Made by a program: the position numbers and the translations under genes. This document shows positions 56,243 through 59,812 of a stretch of 59,812 nt of DNA, one piece after another. Location: positions 1 to 59,812 of the forward strand of contig CAWKPH010000001.1 in NCBI GenBank assembly GCA_963851445.1, read 5' to 3'. Position 1 is the stretch's first letter. Every line of letters begins with the position of its first letter. The DNA is from an uncultured bacterium (GTDB lineage Bacteria; Patescibacteriota; Minisyncoccia; Phycocordibacterales; Phycocordibacteraceae). The notes under the pieces were generated by a model. The model made no database searches and was not told the origin of the DNA. It worked only from the letters and a program-made list of their open reading frames with translations.

Positions 56243-56647
56243 ATGGAACCTGTACACAAAACCGAAGACGAATGGCGACAAGGTCTTACCGCCGAGGAAT
56301 ATCACATATTGCGCGAAAAAGGCACTGAACCACCGTTCACCGGAGCGTATGTCGATAACCACGATTCCGGCATGTACCGCTGCAAAGCCTGTGGTATTGA
56401 ACTATTCTCATCGGACAAAAAATTTGATTCAGGGAGCGGTTGGCCCTCGTTCACTGATCCGGCAGTTGCAGAGCATGTTGGGACGCGTCCTGATGATTCG
56501 CTTGGTATGCATCGTACCGAGGTATACTGCAAGAACTGTGGCAGTCATTTAGGGCATGTTTTTAATGATGGACCCAAGGAAGCAGGCGGCCAGCGTTACT
56601 GCATTAACTCCCTATCTCTTGAGTTTGAGAAAGACGATACAAAATGA
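56243..56647 (+). CDS. msrB: peptide-methionine (R)-S-oxide reductase
   Basis: Two zinc CxxC pairs (CKACG, CKNCG), GWPSF, and RTEVYC...GHVFNDGP with the catalytic Cys in RYCINS. I chose the ATG at 56243. Confidence 0.92.
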   Translation: MEPVHKTEDEWRQGLTAEEYHILREKGTEPPFTGAYVDNHDSGMYRCKACGIELFSSDKKFDSGSGWPSFTDPAVAEHVGTRPDDSLGMHRTEVYCKNCGSHLGHVFNDGPKEAGGQRYCINSLSLEFEKDDTK

Positions 56648-57201
56648 AGGAAGGGACACTCGAGACGGCAGTGCTAGGTGGTGGATGCTTCTGGTGCACG
56701 GAGGCGGTTTTCAAAATGCTAAAGGGAGTGCACGAGGTGACCTCGGGCTATACGGGCGGCCAAACAGAGAATCCAACGTACGAACAAGTATGCAGCGGTA
56801 GAACCGGTCATGCCGAAGTGATTAAAATTGAGTATGATCCAAAGCAAGTCTCCTTTGGCGACCTTCTTACGATTTTCTTCGCTACTCATGACGCTACACA
56901 ACTCAATCGCCAAGGGAACGATGTGGGGACCCAGTATCGCTCGGCTATTTTTTACACTACCGAAGAGCAGCGCAAAGAGAGCCTGAATTTTATTCAAGAG
57001 CTTAATAGCTCTACTTCCGAAGGTAATCCTATCGTTACAGAGGTCAAACCACTTACCCTCTTCTACCCTGCCGAAGACTATCACCAGGACTACTTTGAAC
57101 AGAACCCTGCGCAATCCTATTGCCAGATCGTTATAGCTCCAAAACTCGCAAAAGTTCAGGAGAAATATGCACAATTGCTTACATCGAGGAACGATGGATA
57201 G
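56644..57201 (+). CDS. msrA: peptide-methionine (S)-S-oxide reductase
   Basis: GGGCFWCTEAVF active-site motif, GHAEVIKIEYDP and YHQDYF. It overlaps msrB by 4 nt. Confidence 0.93.
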   Translation: MKEGTLETAVLGGGCFWCTEAVFKMLKGVHEVTSGYTGGQTENPTYEQVCSGRTGHAEVIKIEYDPKQVSFGDLLTIFFATHDATQLNRQGNDVGTQYRSAIFYTTEEQRKESLNFIQELNSSTSEGNPIVTEVKPLTLFYPAEDYHQDYFEQNPAQSYCQIVIAPKLAKVQEKYAQLLTSRNDG

Positions 57202-57319
57202 TGATGCAACCTTTCTTATACGAGTGCTGTTCTAGAGTATGGAGGGATCTTGAGATCAGGGAGCAGGTAGGCGCCAAGTGAGTATCTAGCACGCCACCCG
57301 CGTCGCAATCAATACTTAC

Positions 57320-57545
57320 TTGTCTCCTTTCCTGCTCACTTTGCAGCAACATTATCCTAAGATCCCACCGCTCTTTTCTTCTGGAAGCCCGCCCCCCGCC
57401 GCTTCCTCCACCACCCGCATACGAATCATTTCCCTTTTTACCCCTAATTCCCTTTCCTCTTCCGTTTTCTCTCTCTGTTCCCTTTCGATTCGTATGCACC
57501 CGACCGCCATCACCCTTGTTGCTGGCGGTCTTTCTTTTTCTGCTA
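57320..57545. other. strongly strand-asymmetric polypyrimidine (plus) / polypurine (minus) tract containing an 11-bp inverted repeat
   Basis: Arms GCATACGAATC (57417..57427) and GATTCGTATGC (57487..57497) bracket a 59-nt spacer in which I count 53 pyrimidines. The CT-rich character extends across the whole convergent msrA/dedA intergenic region. Confidence 0.8.
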
Positions 57546-58160
57546 TTACCTTTCTTGCCTACTCTTTTGGGAGCGCTCTCGTAGTTTCAGATACAGCGAG
57601 GGAACGAGCCCAACACCCGCAAGTGCAAGAATGCCAATGAAGAGCGTATGTCGTACCACTTCAAATCCTGCAAGAAACGTAATAATCGTGGAGTGGAATA
57701 GGAATCCAAGTAGCAGCATTCCAGGTACGAAAATACAAATGGCAACCATATCAACAAGTAAATATCCTTTCCAGGAAGCCTGCTCGAAGCCAGCGTAGAT
57801 AGGGGCGATAAAACGAAATCCCGTTAAGAATCGAAGTATGCCTACAGCCCGAAGAGGTTCTTTGGGAGAAAAAATCCAAGTCTTCTCGAGACCTATCTTA
57901 TTTACTCGCTCCCGTAGTCTACGCGCATAGGAAGATCCTTTACGAGCGAGCGCAAAGAGTATGACATCCCCAATGAGAAGTCCGAGAGCCGCAATCGGGA
58001 TAGACAGATAGAAGTTTAGGATGCCGAGCGCAATAAGATAACCGCCTGTGATAAGCGTTACCTCTTCAGGAATGGGAACCACTATTGAGCCACCAAGAAG
58101 CAGCAGGAATAGTCCAGGGTATGAAAATTGCTCTAGAGTATGGAGAAGGAAGAGTGACAT
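57546..58160 (-). CDS. DedA/VTT-domain membrane protein
   Basis: 204 aa. The N-terminus YPGLFLLLLGGSIVVPIPEEVTLITGGYL and the later RFLTGFRFIAPIYAG are typical of DedA/SNARE-associated proteins. Confidence 0.8.
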   Translation of the reverse strand: MSLFLLHTLEQFSYPGLFLLLLGGSIVVPIPEEVTLITGGYLIALGILNFYLSIPIAALGLLIGDVILFALARKGSSYARRLRERVNKIGLEKTWIFSPKEPLRAVGILRFLTGFRFIAPIYAGFEQASWKGYLLVDMVAICIFVPGMLLLGFLFHSTIITFLAGFEVVRHTLFIGILALAGVGLVPSLYLKLRERSQKSRQER

Positions 58161-58186
58161 ATGGAACCTCGGGTGACTATACCCTA

Positions 58187-58924
58187 TTACGCTCTAGGAA
58201 TGAACTTTTTTACTTCCTTGATGAGGCGTTCGACCTCTGGATCTCCAAGGTTACGCGGTCGAGGAAACATTACTGGTACTTTGTGGAGTATTACGCCTTG
58301 GGCAAACACGAGGATTTCGTCAGCGAGCGCGACCGTATCTTCGATATTATGGGAGACCATTAGCATTGTTATTGAGCGTTTTGCGAAAATCTCGAGCAGC
58401 TCTTCTGAGAGGCGTGAGGTTGTTTCTACATCAAGTGCAGAGAATGGCTCGTCAAGGAGTAACATTTCAGGATCAGAAACGAGTGCGCGTGCGATGCCAA
58501 CTCGTTGACGTTGACCGCCTGAGAGATCGCGAGGATACACATTCTTGTAGTCTGTGAGCCCAAGTGTTGCAAGCTCTTCGTGCAGACGTTTCTCCTTTTC
58601 GTGCTTTCCAAGCGTGAGACCCGTAAAGCCCAGAAGCACATTTTCGCGAACGGTACGCCAAGGGAGCAGTGCAGCGTCCTGAAAAATCATCCGAGTACGG
58701 GCATTATTCGTGATGCTTCCACTTGTAGGTTTCTCAAGCCCTACGGAAAGTCGAAGCAGTGTTGACTTCCCTGCGCCCGAAGGCCCAACGATACCTGTGA
58801 ACGTTTGAGGGAAAAGTGATAGTGAAAGGTCATGCACGATGACTTCGGAATCTTGTTCGTAGGCATAGCTAACGTGGTCAAAGGAAAGTATTGGCTTGTC
58901 TTTATGTGATGATTGGGTGGACAT
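58187..58924 (-). CDS. ABC transporter ATP-binding protein (nitrate/sulfonate/taurine NitT-type)
   Basis: Walker A GPSGAGKSTLLRL, signature LSGGQRQRVGIARAL and Walker B LLLDEPFSALD. I chose the ATG at 58924, directly after the permease stop. Confidence 0.9.
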   Translation of the reverse strand: MSTQSSHKDKPILSFDHVSYAYEQDSEVIVHDLSLSLFPQTFTGIVGPSGAGKSTLLRLSVGLEKPTSGSITNNARTRMIFQDAALLPWRTVRENVLLGFTGLTLGKHEKEKRLHEELATLGLTDYKNVYPRDLSGGQRQRVGIARALVSDPEMLLLDEPFSALDVETTSRLSEELLEIFAKRSITMLMVSHNIEDTVALADEILVFAQGVILHKVPVMFPRPRNLGDPEVERLIKEVKKFIPRA

Positions 58925-58925
58925 G

Positions 58926-59741
58926 TTAGTCGAATTTATAGCGCTCGGCACGTGCAAGAAGCGGCTGCCATATGAAAAGATTTATCACGGCAATGGCAAT
59001 GACGAGTACTGCCATTGCCACAAGGAGCGTGTTGTTGTTACCACTTGTGGCGGCGTTCACAAGTACACTCCCGATACCGTAGAGATCCTTGGCATGCGCT
59101 GACTGCGGGGCATATGCTTGAAGGGCTTCTGCAACAATGACAACGTTCCATCCTGCAGCAAATGCAAGAATTGAGCCCGTTACCAGAGGTGGGAAAAGTG
59201 CTGGTAAGGTGATCTTCGTAAATCGCTCCCACTGCGATAGCTGAAATACATAACCAACCGACTTTAAATCCTTAGGAATAACCTTCAATCCCCCGATCGT
59301 ATTGAACACGATACTCCAAATCATAGTGAAAAACAGCATGAATATTGCTGCGCCCTCAAGTGCGTTAGCACGTACAAAAAAGAGAATAATGACTGGAAAG
59401 AATGCGAGGATTGGAATGGATTCAAGTACATCATATACGGGAAGAAGCACTCTCTCGATATGGCGACTTCGCTCTACCAGGAGAGCGAGTGGTAATCCTA
59501 TTACTAGAGAAAGTACGTATGAGGTGAAGAGACGCGAAAAAGAAGCCCCGAGCGCTAGGAGAAGCACTCCGAATGAAAGTGTGTAGTGTGTTGGTATGAA
59601 TAGTGCGCCCGTTACAAGAAAGACGGCGATAAAAACGAGAAATAAGGGTAACACCAGACCGATCCCAAGCCGTTCGAGAAACGTCGTTGGGTGCTTACGC
59701 CGCCCCCTGTGGCTATAGTAATGGAGACGCGGCTTCTTCAT
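58926..59741 (-). CDS. ABC transporter permease (SsuC/TauC-like)
   Basis: Six-TM protein with an EAA-like loop (...VIPKDLKSVGYVFQLSQWERFTKITLPALFP). It lies immediately upstream of the ATPase gene. Confidence 0.85.
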   Translation of the reverse strand: MKKPRLHYYSHRGRRKHPTTFLERLGIGLVLPLFLVFIAVFLVTGALFIPTHYTLSFGVLLLALGASFSRLFTSYVLSLVIGLPLALLVERSRHIERVLLPVYDVLESIPILAFFPVIILFFVRANALEGAAIFMLFFTMIWSIVFNTIGGLKVIPKDLKSVGYVFQLSQWERFTKITLPALFPPLVTGSILAFAAGWNVVIVAEALQAYAPQSAHAKDLYGIGSVLVNAATSGNNNTLLVAMAVLVIAIAVINLFIWQPLLARAERYKFD

Positions 59742-59812
59742 TCGCTTAATTCTAGCATTCTCTGAACGCTAGAATTTCGAGAAATTAGCTTGCTCTCTTT
59801 CCGTGCATAAGA

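Noticed and set aside
57231-57244. 14-nt exact repeat TCTAGAGTATGGAG at 57231..57244 and 58133..58146 (inside the dedA 5' end). It gives similar LHTLEQ peptides and hints at a dedA fragment duplication.
   Set aside because: The similarity does not extend beyond about 17 nt, and a match of this length is plausible by chance in a 60-kb window searched on both strands.
57179-57640. ORFs 57179..57499 (minus, GGGGSGGG/RK-rich) and 57320..57640 (plus, S/P/L-rich).
   Set aside because: They are translations of the polypurine/polypyrimidine tract. They are low-complexity, lack a Shine-Dalgarno sequence, and the plus-strand ORF overlaps the dedA 3' end. I treat them as non-coding sequence.

Overview
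This is a gene-dense bacterial chromosome segment using the standard genetic code; TGA acts as a stop, for example at the end of ftsZ. Many genes overlap by 4 to 30 nt. The compact genes and overall gene content resemble a Patescibacteria/CPR-type genome, but that is inference only. Most of the window is housekeeping: pth, lepB, rpsU-ybeY-ftsA-ftsZ, trxB, prs, truB, tsaC/tsaD, valS, lepA, murJ, groES/groEL, secG, RNase J, msrB/msrA, three HhH-GPD DNA glycosylases and an ABC transporter. I found eight tRNA genes by hand: Ser-CGA, Glu-TTC, Val-GAC, Phe-GAA, Arg-CCT, Gly-CCC, Ser-GGA. I also found a type-A RNase P RNA (about 39628..40004, minus strand) that explains an otherwise ORF-poor gap. I saw no rRNA, CRISPR array, integrase or transposase. 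The clearest accessory region is a visibly AT-rich surface-glycan cluster (about 24.1-32.9 kb) that abuts the 3' end of tRNA-Gly. It holds two processive cellulose-synthase-like GT2 genes, a tandem pair of uncharacterised ~570-aa polytopic membrane proteins, a GH16 glucanase and a PG-binding protein. Two of its genes are each interrupted once at a homopolymer (G6 followed by TAA; A AAA AAA), and both need the same -1 correction. A class II (B12-dependent) ribonucleotide reductase is broken by three separate +1 frame changes that together return to the original frame. Other oddities:
- a 590-bp ORF-free region containing a perfect 17-nt-arm palindrome;
- a ~230-nt polypyrimidine tract in which an 11-bp inverted repeat encloses its most extreme 59 nt;
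- a degenerate HisRS-like paralog;
- a stand-alone cyanophycin-synthetase-like ATP-grasp protein.
All functional calls rest on motifs I recognised by eye; no database search was run.
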